Shown piece after piece: positions 36,148 through 49,200 of a stretch of DNA of 53,069 bases. Position 1 is the stretch's first letter. Each line of letters begins with the position of its first letter. The position numbers and the translations under genes were made by a program. This DNA comes from a virus (lineage: Duplodnaviria; Caudoviricetes). The stretch is taken from positions 1 to 53,069 of the IMG/VR virus record IMGVR_UViG_3300030118_003137; one strand, written 5' to 3'. The notes beneath the pieces were generated by a model. That model was not told the origin of the DNA. It searched no databases and was given only the letters and a program-made list of their open reading frames with translations.

Positions 36148-36912
36148 ATGGTAGATCCAATAACGCTAGGAATAATAGGCGGTGCTGGTGCACTTGGCGG
36201 TATACTTGGTGGTAAATCTAAATTTAAAGAAATAGACCCAACAAAAGTTGGTGGTTATTTTGACCAAGGCGGATATGTCCAAGGCATGGCTAGAAGGTCT
36301 GAAGACCTTATGGACCCTAATTCTGCTTATAATACCCAAGTATTAGACAGATTAAAACAATCAACTAGCGACCAAGTATTTGCACAAAATCTTTTAGCAA
36401 GAAGAAATGCTGCAGCATCAGGAATGTTAGGACAATCTGGTGTATTGAATGCTTTGCAACAAGCAAATACAAGAAATGCATATAATAATATGCAACAACA
36501 ATTCCAACAAGGAATGAGTCAAAACTTAGACAGAAGCAATACTTTACTTGGGCAAGCCGCACAGTTTGACTTAGCTAAAGGTGAAGCGATGGCTTCTGCT
36601 TATGGTCAAAATATTACTAATCAAAATAATATGAACGCTGCACAAGCAGGTAACGCTATGCAAATGGGTAGTGGTATTGCTAGTGCTGCAGTTATGGCTA
36701 TGTCTGACAAACGTAAAAAAGAAAACATTAAAAAAGTTGGTAGAGCTAAAACCAAAGATGGAAAGTCAGTTAACTTATATAGCTTTAATTTTAAAGGCTC
36801 TAAAAAGAAAAATGTAGGAGTTATAGCTCAGGAAATTCAAAAGTCACACCCTAAACATGTAAAAAAACAAAAAAATGGAACTCTAATGGTTAATTATGGA
36901 GGTCTATTTTAA
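36148..36912 (+). CDS. Putative ejection/pilot protein with C-terminal peptidase S74 chaperone-like domain
   Basis: Hydrophobic Gly-rich N-terminus, Q/N/A-rich helical body, then SDKRKKENI...LYSFNF...GVIAQEI...P..V...LMVNY. Confidence 0.75.
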   Translation: MVDPITLGIIGGAGALGGILGGKSKFKEIDPTKVGGYFDQGGYVQGMARRSEDLMDPNSAYNTQVLDRLKQSTSDQVFAQNLLARRNAAASGMLGQSGVLNALQQANTRNAYNNMQQQFQQGMSQNLDRSNTLLGQAAQFDLAKGEAMASAYGQNITNQNNMNAAQAGNAMQMGSGIASAAVMAMSDKRKKENIKKVGRAKTKDGKSVNLYSFNFKGSKKKNVGVIAQEIQKSHPKHVKKQKNGTLMVNYGGLF

Positions 36913-37526
36913 TGACAGGTACTTCTACTAGTTATGATATAAACGAAAATGAGTATCTAGAGTGGGCTCGTGACAATGTGCCAAAATATGGTGGCCCAGA
37001 AGCATATGAGTGGTTAAAAGATAATTATGCAAACGCAAAAGGAACGCCTCAAGAAGGGTTTTTTGTAAGAAAAGCAACAGAGCTTTTAAATTTTGACAAA
37101 TATGATGACTTTAAAGATTATGACTTTGGAGACATTTCTGATAATCAGTTGTTAAAAGATTCAAAAATTAGTTCGATTACAGGTGGTGAAGAAAGTAGAT
37201 ATATAGGTCAACCAATAGAATCTCCTGAAGTTGTAATTGAAGGAAAGAGGCCAAATGATAGTTGGATTCAAAGAGCTGCAAATCATGCAAAAGGTTACTT
37301 TCAAAAATTACGTGATACTGACTTAAATCCAGTTGTTACTGGAGAAGAGGCTGTAAAAGCTGCAGAGGTTCAAAAGAAAATGGAACCTATGAAATTTAAA
37401 CCTACAGACACACAAATTTTAGACGACTTTTCAATTAAAACTAAACCATTAAACCAAAGAAGTATGATAGGAAATGCTACACAAAACATAGGCGGAGCAG
37501 GAGGGTATAAAGTATATGGCAGTTAA
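36912..37526 (+). CDS. Putative internal virion protein
   Basis: ORF track; position within the ejection block. Confidence 0.55.
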   Translation: MTGTSTSYDINENEYLEWARDNVPKYGGPEAYEWLKDNYANAKGTPQEGFFVRKATELLNFDKYDDFKDYDFGDISDNQLLKDSKISSITGGEESRYIGQPIESPEVVIEGKRPNDSWIQRAANHAKGYFQKLRDTDLNPVVTGEEAVKAAEVQKKMEPMKFKPTDTQILDDFSIKTKPLNQRSMIGNATQNIGGAGGYKVYGS

Positions 37527-38865
37527 TTTTGGACAATACGAAGGTCATAGAATTATATCCGATGCAGGATCTAAGTCTGTTAATATGCTTGTTGATGCTT
37601 ATAAGACTAAAAAAGCTGAAGACGAAAGAAAAGCTATAAGGGCAGAAGATGTAGCATTTAGAGAAGAGCAATCGGCTCAAAATCAGGCAGCTCAATTAAC
37701 TAATCAAACTGGTATTGTGCATACTGCCGTATTAGGTCCTGATGGTAAATATACTTACGAGCAAGGTGATAAAACCTTTTCTCGTATTCAAGATGAAAAA
37801 GACTTTGACCTCCGTCAACAAGAATTTAAAGATATTCAGTTACAAAGAGCGGAAGAGAAGACTGGGTACAAACATGAATATGATGCTGACGGAAAACTTG
37901 TTCAATCAGTAGACCAAGATGGCAATCCAATGCTCACTATGGCTAGAGGAGATGTATTAAGACAAGATAGCCTTCTTAATAAAGGTTGGTATGATGTTGA
38001 TGGCGACGGAGTATTTGACCCAGATGTTGATGATTCTACTTTTGCATATAGAGATAAATTAAAAACAGACAAAAGAGAAGCAAGTGTTATGGCTGCAACA
38101 GGTCACGCAAGTAAAGGTAACGCTGATATGTTAAACACTTCTCTAATGAGTGACCAGGAAATAAATGATTACCTTAAGGAAAATGGTTTAGAAACTTTAG
38201 ATAAGAAAGGTTTAGATTTATTTAGAGCAGAAGTAGAAAATAGCAAGACAAGAAAACTTGCTAAAATGGAAAACGACTATAGAAAAACTGGTAAAATAGA
38301 TTTAAAAGCATATGGAGACGCTGTTTTTGCTTTAGAAAATGAAGTATTGAATGATGAAGACCTTCAAGACCGTTTAGATACAAAGACTGGAAAGATTGAC
38401 AGTAGTGGTAAAAATAAATATGGTGCTACCAAAGCAGATATATCTTGGGCAGAAGGTCAAACTTCAGGAGCTATGAAAAATGCAGGCACATCTCCATCTG
38501 GTTATGCATTTATAGGAAAAACAGGTGGTGCGGGAGGAAAGTTATATACATCTGACTATACCGCTTTAGATAGTGATAGTGATTTTTCTTTTGAAACGCA
38601 AAGTAAAAGTGTTACACAAAAAGACACTATGTTACTAGCAGCAATGAAACCACATTTAGTTAGCATAGCTGAAGATCCAGCAATGGATGACAACTTTCAT
38701 TTAGTTAAACAAAAGAATGGTCAATATTTCTTATATGAAGATGACCCAGTATTTGATGATTATGTTGAGATAAAAATGCAAGGCAATAAACCTATGGTTA
38801 AAGTGGGTGGTAGTTGGATACAAGTAGATGGAAATATAGAATCAATCTTAGGAGAATTTAAATAA
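37516..38865 (+). CDS. Putative internal virion (ejection) protein
   Basis: Charged helical protein with a DVDGDGVFD Ca-binding-like loop. Confidence 0.55.
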   Translation: MAVNFGQYEGHRIISDAGSKSVNMLVDAYKTKKAEDERKAIRAEDVAFREEQSAQNQAAQLTNQTGIVHTAVLGPDGKYTYEQGDKTFSRIQDEKDFDLRQQEFKDIQLQRAEEKTGYKHEYDADGKLVQSVDQDGNPMLTMARGDVLRQDSLLNKGWYDVDGDGVFDPDVDDSTFAYRDKLKTDKREASVMAATGHASKGNADMLNTSLMSDQEINDYLKENGLETLDKKGLDLFRAEVENSKTRKLAKMENDYRKTGKIDLKAYGDAVFALENEVLNDEDLQDRLDTKTGKIDSSGKNKYGATKADISWAEGQTSGAMKNAGTSPSGYAFIGKTGGAGGKLYTSDYTALDSDSDFSFETQSKSVTQKDTMLLAAMKPHLVSIAEDPAMDDNFHLVKQKNGQYFLYEDDPVFDDYVEIKMQGNKPMVKVGGSWIQVDGNIESILGEFK

Positions 38866-40268
38866 TGGCAATACAATACAAAACAATGGCAGCGGGTTCA
38901 ACAATAACTCCTGAAGAAAGACAGCTTAGGAATGAGCGTAAGCGTATTGAGGCCATGGTTCGCTCCTATGAACGTAATCCTAAAAACTTTAACCCTCAAA
39001 TGACTGCCTCTTTAGAAAGAATGGCTACTCAATATGGAGTAATGTTTAACAAATATGACCCTGATAATTCTGCAGGAATCATTAGAAAGGCTGGAGCATT
39101 CTTAGGTGGTATTGCTGATGCTGTTGCTCTAGATTTTATACCTGATGATTGGTATAGTTCTGAAGCTACTCGTTCTGCTAAAAACTGGGGTAAAGGTGTT
39201 GGTACTATTGGTAGTGTTATAGGTACAGGTGGTGCAGCATTGGCCGCTAGAGGTTTAACAAAAGGTGGAGCAGCAGCCGCTAAAATGGCAGCACAGAAGC
39301 AAGCATCTAGAATAGCAAATAGAACTAAAACTTTAAAAGGCCAGCCAGCTAAAGAGTTTACAGAGAAGGTTCCTGGTAACGCAGCTCAAAGAAGAAAAGC
39401 AAAAAGAGAGTTTGATAGGCAACCTGAGAACCAAGCTACTCCAGATAGACAGTATTCAAATATATCTGATAGACCTTCAAAGGTTGGGCAAAAGTTCGAT
39501 CAAATGGATGCGGATAAGATTAGAGGAGCTGCTGAAGATTTAGGACAAGGAGTAGAAAAAGCTGCTGCAAAATTAAATATAGGTGGCCCTGCATTTATGG
39601 CTACTGTTGGTAAGAATAGCATTAAAAAAGGATTACAAGACATTGGTAATGCCAAGGGTTGGCAATGGGCTAAAGATGGCTTAAAAGATGATGTTATAAA
39701 AGCTTTAGATGATGGTGTCTTAAAAATAGACGATATAATTGGTTCTAACAAACTAGATTCAGACCAATTAAAAGCAATTACAAGTAAAATTAGAAGCTTG
39801 CATAAAGCTAAAGGTGGTGGAACTACTAAAACTGGTAGAGAACTTCTTGCTCAAGCTAGAGGTACTGGAACAGATGTTGGTCTTTCTTCACAAGAAATAG
39901 TATCTTTTATTAATAAGGTTGGTAATAATAAAGCAATTACAGCTGATAAAATTAAGAAAATTGCCAAGAGTGCAGGTATTAAAGATAGTGCAAAACTTAA
40001 AGCTCTTACAGAAGCACTCACTAAGGGTGGTATGAAAGAGTTTGATGAAGCAGTACAATTCTTATTATCTAGTACTAAGACATCTAGTAAAGGTTTACAA
40101 GAGTTCTTAGCTACTAGCGGAGTAGATTTAGCAAAAGGAGCTGGAGCATTAGCCGTAGCATCTAATCCTTTAACAGGTATATTAGGTACTACAGGAATAG
40201 AGAAGTCTAGACGTGAGCAAATGGAAGAAATGTACGACCCTTTGAACGTCACTAATGTTCCTGAATAA
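38865..40268 (+). CDS. Putative internal virion (ejection) protein
   Basis: G/A-rich amphipathic segments, Lys-rich, immediately upstream of the giant RNAP gene. Confidence 0.55.
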   Translation: MAIQYKTMAAGSTITPEERQLRNERKRIEAMVRSYERNPKNFNPQMTASLERMATQYGVMFNKYDPDNSAGIIRKAGAFLGGIADAVALDFIPDDWYSSEATRSAKNWGKGVGTIGSVIGTGGAALAARGLTKGGAAAAKMAAQKQASRIANRTKTLKGQPAKEFTEKVPGNAAQRRKAKREFDRQPENQATPDRQYSNISDRPSKVGQKFDQMDADKIRGAAEDLGQGVEKAAAKLNIGGPAFMATVGKNSIKKGLQDIGNAKGWQWAKDGLKDDVIKALDDGVLKIDDIIGSNKLDSDQLKAITSKIRSLHKAKGGGTTKTGRELLAQARGTGTDVGLSSQEIVSFINKVGNNKAITADKIKKIAKSAGIKDSAKLKALTEALTKGGMKEFDEAVQFLLSSTKTSSKGLQEFLATSGVDLAKGAGALAVASNPLTGILGTTGIEKSRREQMEEMYDPLNVTNVPE

Positions 40269-40280
40269 AATGGAGTATAA

Positions 40281-43200
40281 ATGTCAACACTTGATAAGTA
40301 TGATAAGCTTGCAGAGTTTAAGCCGTTCTATGACCAGGCTACAACTCAAAGATTATTAACTACATATTATCAGGTTCCTCATACATTTGATGAAAGTTTA
40401 AAGAATCAACTCTTTGAACATGCTGTACATTATAAGATACCCATAGAAGAAGAAAAGAAGACTGCACCGCAGGATACTAGTTTTGATCTTCTAAGAGGTA
40501 TTAAACAAATGGGTCAGGGATTTATTTCTGGCTTTACAACATTTAATGTAGGTGAACCCACTGGAAATGAATATGAGCGTATTATGCGTTCTATTGGTTC
40601 ATTGGGTGGTTTCTTAGGTTATATACCAGCAGCACCTCTAAAAGCATTAAAAGCCTTCCAATTAGCTAATATGGCTAGAGCATTAAAAGGTAATTCTGTA
40701 CCTTTATTTGTAGCTAGAAAAGCAACTGAACAAGCAGGAAATATAGCATCTAAAGTATTAGGAACTGCAAAGTCTTCTAGAGGCAAGGTATTTTCTGAGG
40801 TTTCTGAATTTTTAACTAAAGACCAAGTACAGCACGTTGCTGAGGGTGCATTTAACCTTGGTGTTGCTAATGCTGTAGGTACTTGGCAATTAGGTGTAAA
40901 TGAAATGCTTAAATCTGCAGCTTATGGTGCTACTACTGGTGGTGTTTTTAGAGGATTAACCGCATTGGTAAACAGAGGAGGTATTCCAAAACTTGATCAA
41001 GAGACAGGAAGGTATATTTACACAGCTACACAGCAGGAAGATAGGATTATACGAGCAGCAGCGTCATCGCTATATGATGGCCTTCAATCAACGATGCGTG
41101 GTGAGACAACACCAGAACAAATATATTCCTACCTCTTAGGTGCTTATTTTGGTGCCAATGAAACTTCTGCTGGTCAAGCTAGAGCAATGAAGTTTGTTAA
41201 TAAAGTTGAGCAACAAGCTAGAACTAATGCAAAAGAACTAAAACGATTAGACAATCAAGGTAATCCGTTTAGCAAAGACGCACTTGTTTACGATCCGAGG
41301 TTAGTTGATGGTTATAAAGACTTACCTCCAGATGTTCAAGAATCAGTTATGCATACTATTGCACAAAGGCATGGTACTATTGCTAAGCAAGTTGCTATGT
41401 CACAAGGTGTTCTTGAAAGTGTTGCTGGGTCAGGTAAAGACCAAATAGCAAGAGCATTAGATGTTGATTCGGCAATCAATGAATCTCAAGATGCCGTTAG
41501 AACGGCTCAAATTCAACAAGAAGCTCAAGACGCTAATATAAATATATACGATACTATTGGTCCTAAAGAAATTAAAAAAGGCGTTGACGAAATATTTATT
41601 GTTCCAGGTGAGTCTAAAATTATTAGTAATAGACAAAAAGAGTTTGCTCCACTAGAGGTTGACCCTATAGAAGATAATGTTATTAAACTGCCTGTTGAGA
41701 ATATGACAGATGAAACTCTTACTATTAACAAAAAGCTTATTAATGATGCTTTAGACCAGGTTGATAAGAAAAGCACTGTTTCTATAGGTGAAGACTTAAT
41801 TAAAGCATTAGATAATGAAGCTCCTCAAACTGCAGAACATTTAAGAAAGAAACTTTTAGACATAGAGCAAAGTAGATATAGAGCAGAGCAAAGATTAATA
41901 GATAAAGAAGCTATACAAGATAAGAACGAAGATGAAAAAATTGATGACATTAACTTTGAAAAGTCAGAAATAACAATAGAAAAGAAAGCTCAAAGTTTTG
42001 TTAATAAATTTTTAAAGGATGAGTTTGATGGAATTGATGACCCTAATAAGTTAGGAGCTGCTAGAAAGAAAGCTAAGTCTGATGTATTAGATATACTTCA
42101 AAAAAACACATCTTTAAAACAGTATCCTAAATTTAAAGAAAAGATTGAAAAGAAATTTGGAAAAGCTTTTGGGGAAAAGGCTCTTTCTGACGATACTGAA
42201 GGAGAGTTAAGGCAACTATTTATTAGACAGGTTCAGCAAAGAGACACTCCTCATATGAGTGTATTGCAATACTATTCTAAGTCTAAAAAAGGATTTATTA
42301 ATGATTTGAGTGATATAGGTATGTCTGGTAAAAACAATGCTAATAACATGAAGATTACTGGAGACTCTGTTAAAGCTATTGAAATTGTCTATGAAGATTT
42401 AATTAAAAAGACTACAGGTAAAGATACTGAAGATCGTGCTTATAAAATATTAGACCATGTTGTTAAGCTAAACGAAGATGGCAGATGGGAAGAAATAGAG
42501 CTTAAAAAGCTTAAAAATCCTAGACTTTATGGAAAATTTAAAGACTCTGATGGCGAGTTTTTTGCTAATAAAGTTATTGGTGATGCAATGTTCCAGGCAT
42601 CTAAAAAAGGATACTATTATAATGGTGGTAAAGGTGACTCTGGAAAGATGTATTTCTTCAAGCATCACCCCGAAATTGAAAATATAAAAGGAGTAGACGT
42701 TACAGCAAAAGTTGCAGACGTTATTGCTCAATTTAAAAAAGTAGATAGTAATGCAGGAAAGTATTATAATGCTTTAGCTAATGAGTTTGTTAAAAAATAT
42801 CAAACAAAAGGTAAACAAAAAGGTTTTGGTAACGCTAAACAAACTAGAGAATACTTTGATAAATCATTCTTATCTAATATGAAGTATGATGAACTTCTTT
42901 ACAATGTAGAGGCAGTTAATAAAGGCGATATGACATTTGTTGAATGGGCTGCTAAAAACTCATCTATTAGAGATTCTAAAGGTTTTAACAAAAGAAACCA
43001 AATATGGATGACTGATGGATTTGAGCTAGATTCTAAGTATTTTAAAGAGATTTATTCTGAGATGGGTGGAGATATACCTATTAAGAAAAACAAGCTAAAA
43101 TGGCGCTTTTTTAACGATCCTAAGAAAAATCCTGACTTAACTAGTAATTCTGCAGCTGAATTATATCAAGAGATAACAGATGGACAGATATTAGTAGAAG

Positions 43201-46200
43201 AATCAGTTATAGATGCATTTAATAAGGCGTATGGTCATCCTTATTCTGGTCAAAATAAAGCGTTTATTGTAGATTCTGATAAAGTTGACGGCGCATTTTT
43301 AGGTAAAATGATGTTTCATAAAGCAAGCCCAGAGGCTAGCAAGTGGATGAGAGAAAATAAACTGCACATGCTTGTTCCTGAGTCTGCAGCTAAAGAATAT
43401 GGTTCTAGGATTGCAGGTGATTTAACTGTAAAAGAAGATGGCTCTGTTGATTTTGATTTTAAAGGTGGAAGAGATTATGAACTATCTTTAGAATCTATAA
43501 AGGGTTCTTTATCTGAAAAACAAACACAGCATATGCTAGATCCACAACAAATACCTAAGCAAATGATGTCTAATTTATTGCCTCATTCTTGGAGTAAAAT
43601 AAATCAAAAGGTTATTGATGACTTTTACAAAGATATTATTGAGACAAAGTTTACGGGCAATGATGATTGGAATACTAGATTAGACGATGCACTTAAAAGT
43701 GAAAAAATATCAGAAGCTGAACAACAAGATTTGCTTAGAAATATAGATAAAATTGGTCTATCAGATGTAGTTGATGCAATTAAAAATAATAATCATCCTG
43801 ATTTTGTAGCTAAGTTATATCAAAAAGTATTAAAATCTAATATTGAGCATCTTACAGCAGATTATGAAGCTGGCGAAATATCTTCTAAAGAGTATCTAGA
43901 TAATGTAGCAGAAGCCAAGACATTTACTTCTTCTATCAATAGAATGATGGAAATATATCCTGATTTAGCAGTTTTCTTACACAAAGATGTTAGAAACTAT
44001 CTCCAGGCAGCTATGCGGAATTTTGTGGTCAATAAAATTATTAGACCAAAGTGGGACTATAGTATCTCTACTAGAATGCGTGGTTACGATCCATGGATGC
44101 GTATTGACCCTAAATTTAAAGACATGAATATGGATATGACTAAAGGTAGAAAAGGTATTATGAAAGATAGAAAATACCTTAAAGATACTTATGGCGTTGA
44201 GAATCCAGACCAGCTATTCTATTTAGATGACTTATATATGGACGTAGAATACGATGTTAGCCACTTAATTGCTGGTGCCAAGAAAATGAAGTTAGGTAAA
44301 CTATGGAAAGACTATAGACACAATGAAAAAGTAAAAGATTTCTTTAAAACTGTTTCTTTGCGTGTTCCTATGGATTCTATATCTGGTGCACATGAATTAG
44401 CTTTTGCAGGGTTTACAGGTATAAAGGGCCATGGTGCCGTATTTCACCCTAGAACTATGAGAGCATTAGGTGGTGCTGACCTTGATGGTGATAAGGCTTT
44501 TGTTCTTTTTGGGATGAAACCAGAGTATAGAAAAATGTATCATCAGAATAAGTATGAGTTTAGAGACCCTGAAACTTTAAAAATAGCTGACAATAAAGAA
44601 GCACCTATATCTAAAAGAGGTTTAGAAATATTAAAAGATATACTAAATCCTAAAGATTCACACGACAAGCAAGTATTAAACAAAATTAAAGCTGGTAAAG
44701 AAGTTACTTGGCAAGATTTATTTACTTTTACTAATGACGCTACTACTGGGAATAAATCAGATGCTTATAAATCTTTTATAGGCAAGTTTACTCCTGAAGG
44801 TAGATTAGATATAGCAAACAAAGCAGTTGATGGTCGTGATCAGCTTGGTCCTGCAGTTGTTAGTAAACAAATATTAAATGCTGCCTATGATGCTATGAAG
44901 TTTAATACTGTTAAAAGGTATGTAGATAAAAAAGGTAAAATTCTTTCAGTAGAAAAATATGAAAAACTTACTGACTATAAGAAGAAACAGTATAAAGAAG
45001 ATACTAGAGAAATGCTTGTTTGGGGTAAAAATAAAGAACATGTTGCTTATGTTAGACCCAGACTAGACGATGACTCTTTAAATTATTCTAGAGAATTATT
45101 TAGGTCTCAAATTGCTTTTGGTTCTGACCCGCTTGATGAACTTGGTTTAGTTGGTGCTCAAAAGTTTTATGACGTAGCTTATCATTCTTTGTTTGAATTA
45201 GACTTTAATTCAGATGCCGCTAAAAATAGTTTTACACCTTACTATCATGCTAAACAAGGTTTAGTTAAAATATTTCAAGGATTTAACAGAGGTTATTTTT
45301 CTAGAAACTACGATAAAAACAGAAGGTTTTATTCTCATGAAATACAGGAATTTGCTAGTAAAATACACCTATTAAATGACAACCAAAAAGGTAATATGCT
45401 TGGTAAAATGGTTAAAGAATTAGAACCACTAGACTATTCTGATGATATTTTAGGAAGAATAGATAAAGAGGCATTGCTAGATAGGTATGATGAATATAAA
45501 AATATAGCTGGTGAATTAAAAATGCTTAACGATTCATATAGAATGGATTCTAACGGTAAAAAAGTTACTGGAGGTTTGTTAGGAAGATTTAGTTTTAAGT
45601 CTCCAGAAAGTCAACTATCAATGCGTGCAATAGATGCAGAACTATTTAAGCCTGAAGTTAGAAGAGAAATGTTGCAAGACTTTAAAATGTATGACAATTT
45701 TTTCTCAGGTTTAAAAGGTAAAACATTTTTTAATAGTTTAACATTTAAAGCTAGAAGTACACCTTTTGACTCTAAGAATAAAAAGTATTTTACAGAAAAT
45801 GGTGTTTTTAATGATACTAAATATGAGCAAGCCATGTCTAATATGCTTACTTATAGAAGCGAGATGATTGATAGAGCCTATAGACAGGCTACAGACTTTA
45901 TACAAAACGATGGAATGGATCGTGCATCTGCTTTACAGTTAATGGATGCTATAAACAATGCTAAAAAAGCAGGTGTTTCTGATGACTTTATACGTGCAGC
46001 TGCCAATTTTGTTGCTGACACTAAGAAAATGGCTAGAAGCGATAGAGCTAAGGCTATAATTAATGCATATGAAGCGGAAAAAGGTGAAAGTGTTATTGAT
46101 GATGCCTCTTTTGAAAACTTTAGCATGAGAAAGGTATTTAACTTAAAGAATAAAGAATTAGCATATAGTAATCAACAAAGAATTGACAATAGAATAAGAA

Positions 46201-49200
46201 ACTTTAAGCTAGATAACTATTTTGGTATGGGTAAAGATTCTAAAGGTGAACAAAAAACAAGAGTCCTAAGTGACGCAGAGTCTTACTTGGTTGATACTAT
46301 GCTGCTATCTACTTTTGACAAAGCGCAAAATTTAGTTAATTATGATTATTACAATAGTTTAAATGCTAATGTTAAACAATTAGTTAATCCTCTTATAAGA
46401 CAAATTAAATTAAGTGGTAGTGAGACATTATTTGAAAAAACTGGAATGTCTTCTAAATACGTTAACGACAGAGCTGTTAGAGACTTTTTAAAGAGATATA
46501 GCGAACAATTTGATTACAAAGATAATGTTAAATTAAGAGATGTCGATTATAGTAAAGCACTTGATGGTGATAATAAGGCAGGAGACTTAGTTGATATAGC
46601 ACCTAAAGATCCACTTGAAGCTGACAGTGAAGGCATTTATGCTAGTCGGGAAAGACTTAAGCGTGTTGGGGACACGTCATTGTCTAGTTTTGAACGTAAG
46701 ATGGTTGATGAACTTATTGGTCATATATCATACTATGGTAAATCTATAGGTAACACTAATAAATTAAACCAAATTACTAGGTCTTTGGTTGCTAAAAACT
46801 TTGATGCTATGGGTGTTGAGGATTATCGTGTTGTAAATAATTTCTTTAAAGATATGCGCAGTGGTACCGTTTTTGTACGTGACGGTGCTTTAACAAAAGA
46901 TAATATATTAAAACTAGCAGAGCGTCACTGGATGCTTTTCCCTAAAACAGTTTCCAGAGAAATGATGGTTAAAGACTTTGATATATTTACACAGGAAGGA
47001 CGATTCCAAAACTTTAAGGGTGAGTGGCGTCGTGGTAATGTTGGTAGACCTACACATGCTATAGAAAATATACAATATGTTCTTGGTAAGGCAGAGGCTT
47101 TAGCTATCAAAATGGACGAGGATGAGAAAAATTTATTAGAGCAAACTCTTAGAGATAGAACTGGGTATGAGTCTTTGCCTGATGGTATGGGTCAGCATAT
47201 TGCTGAGGTTGTTACTGCTAGGCGTGACCTGGCATCTTTTCAAAATGCAAATGCAAATAAACAGGATCAGGCATATCGTATAGATTTAAAGGTCTATAAA
47301 GACAATTTAAAAGAAGCTGAAGAAATAGCTGATTGGAAAAACACATCTAAAAAAGTATTTTCTGTTCGTAAAAAAGGTGGAACTTATAATGAAAACGGTG
47401 AAACTATTGCAAAAAATATAAATAAAGTCCTAACTGAAAGAGCTGCAGAAACTTATACCTGGATAGCGGGAGCTAATTATAGATACAATAGAAGAACTGG
47501 AAAACATGAGATAGATAACTCTGTTGAAAATCCTATTAATAAATATCTAGAAACTAAAAAAGGTAAGGTTCAATACTGGTTTGGAAACACTAAATTACCT
47601 AAAATTAAAGGTGAAAAGTTTATTGATGATATAATGAAGAACTTAAAATCAGGTAAGCCTCTTGATATTAGGTTTGGCTTAGATAATTTAAGAAAAATAT
47701 CTAGGTCTATACAGATTGAGAATGTTTTAGAAATGCGAGATATGGCACAAACTAAAGCAGAAAAAGACATGTATTTAGAACTTGCTAAAAACTTAGGTAA
47801 AGCAGAGTATGGTAGAACTAGACAGTTTAAATCTACTGAGTATCACCCACACTTTATACAAAATAAGTCAGTTGCAAAACGAGCAATTGAGGCAGCTATT
47901 GCTAAACTTAAAAAACAAACAGGCATTCCTGATGAACAAAGAGAGCAAGAAATTGCTAAATTAATTTTAAGATATAAGTCTATGACGGGAGACTGGATTG
48001 TTAATGACGTAGCTGAAGATGGTATGATTAGAGGCGCTTTGAATGAAATTGCTAACAAGCGAAAGGGCGATCATATGAGAGCTCTTGAAAAAGACCCTAT
48101 ATCTGGCAATATGATGTCAAGAAATATACATCTTCCAGGCTGGAATAGGGACTTAGGTGCTTGGGATATATATCAAAAGAATTTAATAGACACTTATCAT
48201 AGACAAATAGGACAAATCCTTTCTAAGAAAATGTTATCTAATTTTAATAAAAAAGCACTAGCAGAGTGGAATAATCCAGAACAAGCGTTTGCTTGGAATA
48301 ACTATATTTATGATTATATATCTAGAGCTATGGGTTTTCCTTCTAAACTACCCGAGTCTTGGCTTACTGGTGCGGATGCAAAACTAATGAAAGTTAAAGG
48401 GACACCTTATAGTTGGTTTGCTGATAATCATGTTAAAGATATGGTAAATAGGATTAGAAAAACTATCGGAATGAAAGAAGATTCGTCTTTACCTACTGAT
48501 TTACAAGGTGTAGATGAAATGGATATTAGACACTGGTCTAATTTAGAAGCTAAATATCAAATGGCTACATTACTTGCTCACCCTAAATCTGCTACTGGTA
48601 ACGTATTTGGTGGGCAAATGCACACAATACAGTCTACTGGATGGCGTAACTGGAGAAATGCTAGAAATGTAGAATACTGGAGAACTAGTATAGCTGGTGA
48701 AGCATCTGGTTGGTCTACTAAAAAAGATATTGAAGCCTGGGCCATTAGTCACGGAGTTGTTCCCAACTTTGTTCTTTATGAGGCAGGTTTAAATCCAAAC
48801 TTTAAGTCTGGTAAATATAAAAGATTTTTTATGGATGCTGAAAAGGTTTTAAAGAAAGACCCTATGGTCAAGGACGAAACATTATTGTCACTAGCTAAAA
48901 AGCATCAAATAACAGAAGCAATGTTTCAAAAATCTGCTTGGTTTATGAGGTATCCTGAAAGAGCATTGCGTCGAGATGCATTTGCTGCACACTATTTACA
49001 AGCAAGAGAGCTCTATGGTCATGCTAATATGGGCTTAAATGACCCGTTTTTAATAGAAATGGCTAAAAAAGGTGTACAAGCTACACAGTTCTTATATTCT
49101 GCTCCATATAGACCAGCATTTAGTGCTACAGCATTAGGTAAAGTTATGACACGTTTCCAGACATGGGCTTGGAACTCTGTAAGATTTAGAAATGATGTAT

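Noticed and set aside
37993-38030. DVDGDG as a second RNAP catalytic motif
   Set aside because: The context DxDGDGxxD fits a Ca-binding-type loop and lacks the flanking polymerase motifs.
11367-48752. Numerous 60-133 aa antisense or alternate-frame ORFs in the ORF track (e.g. 13516-13866, 39851-40252, 12340-12693)
   Set aside because: They lie wholly within longer motif-bearing genes and show no recognisable motifs; treated as shadow ORFs.
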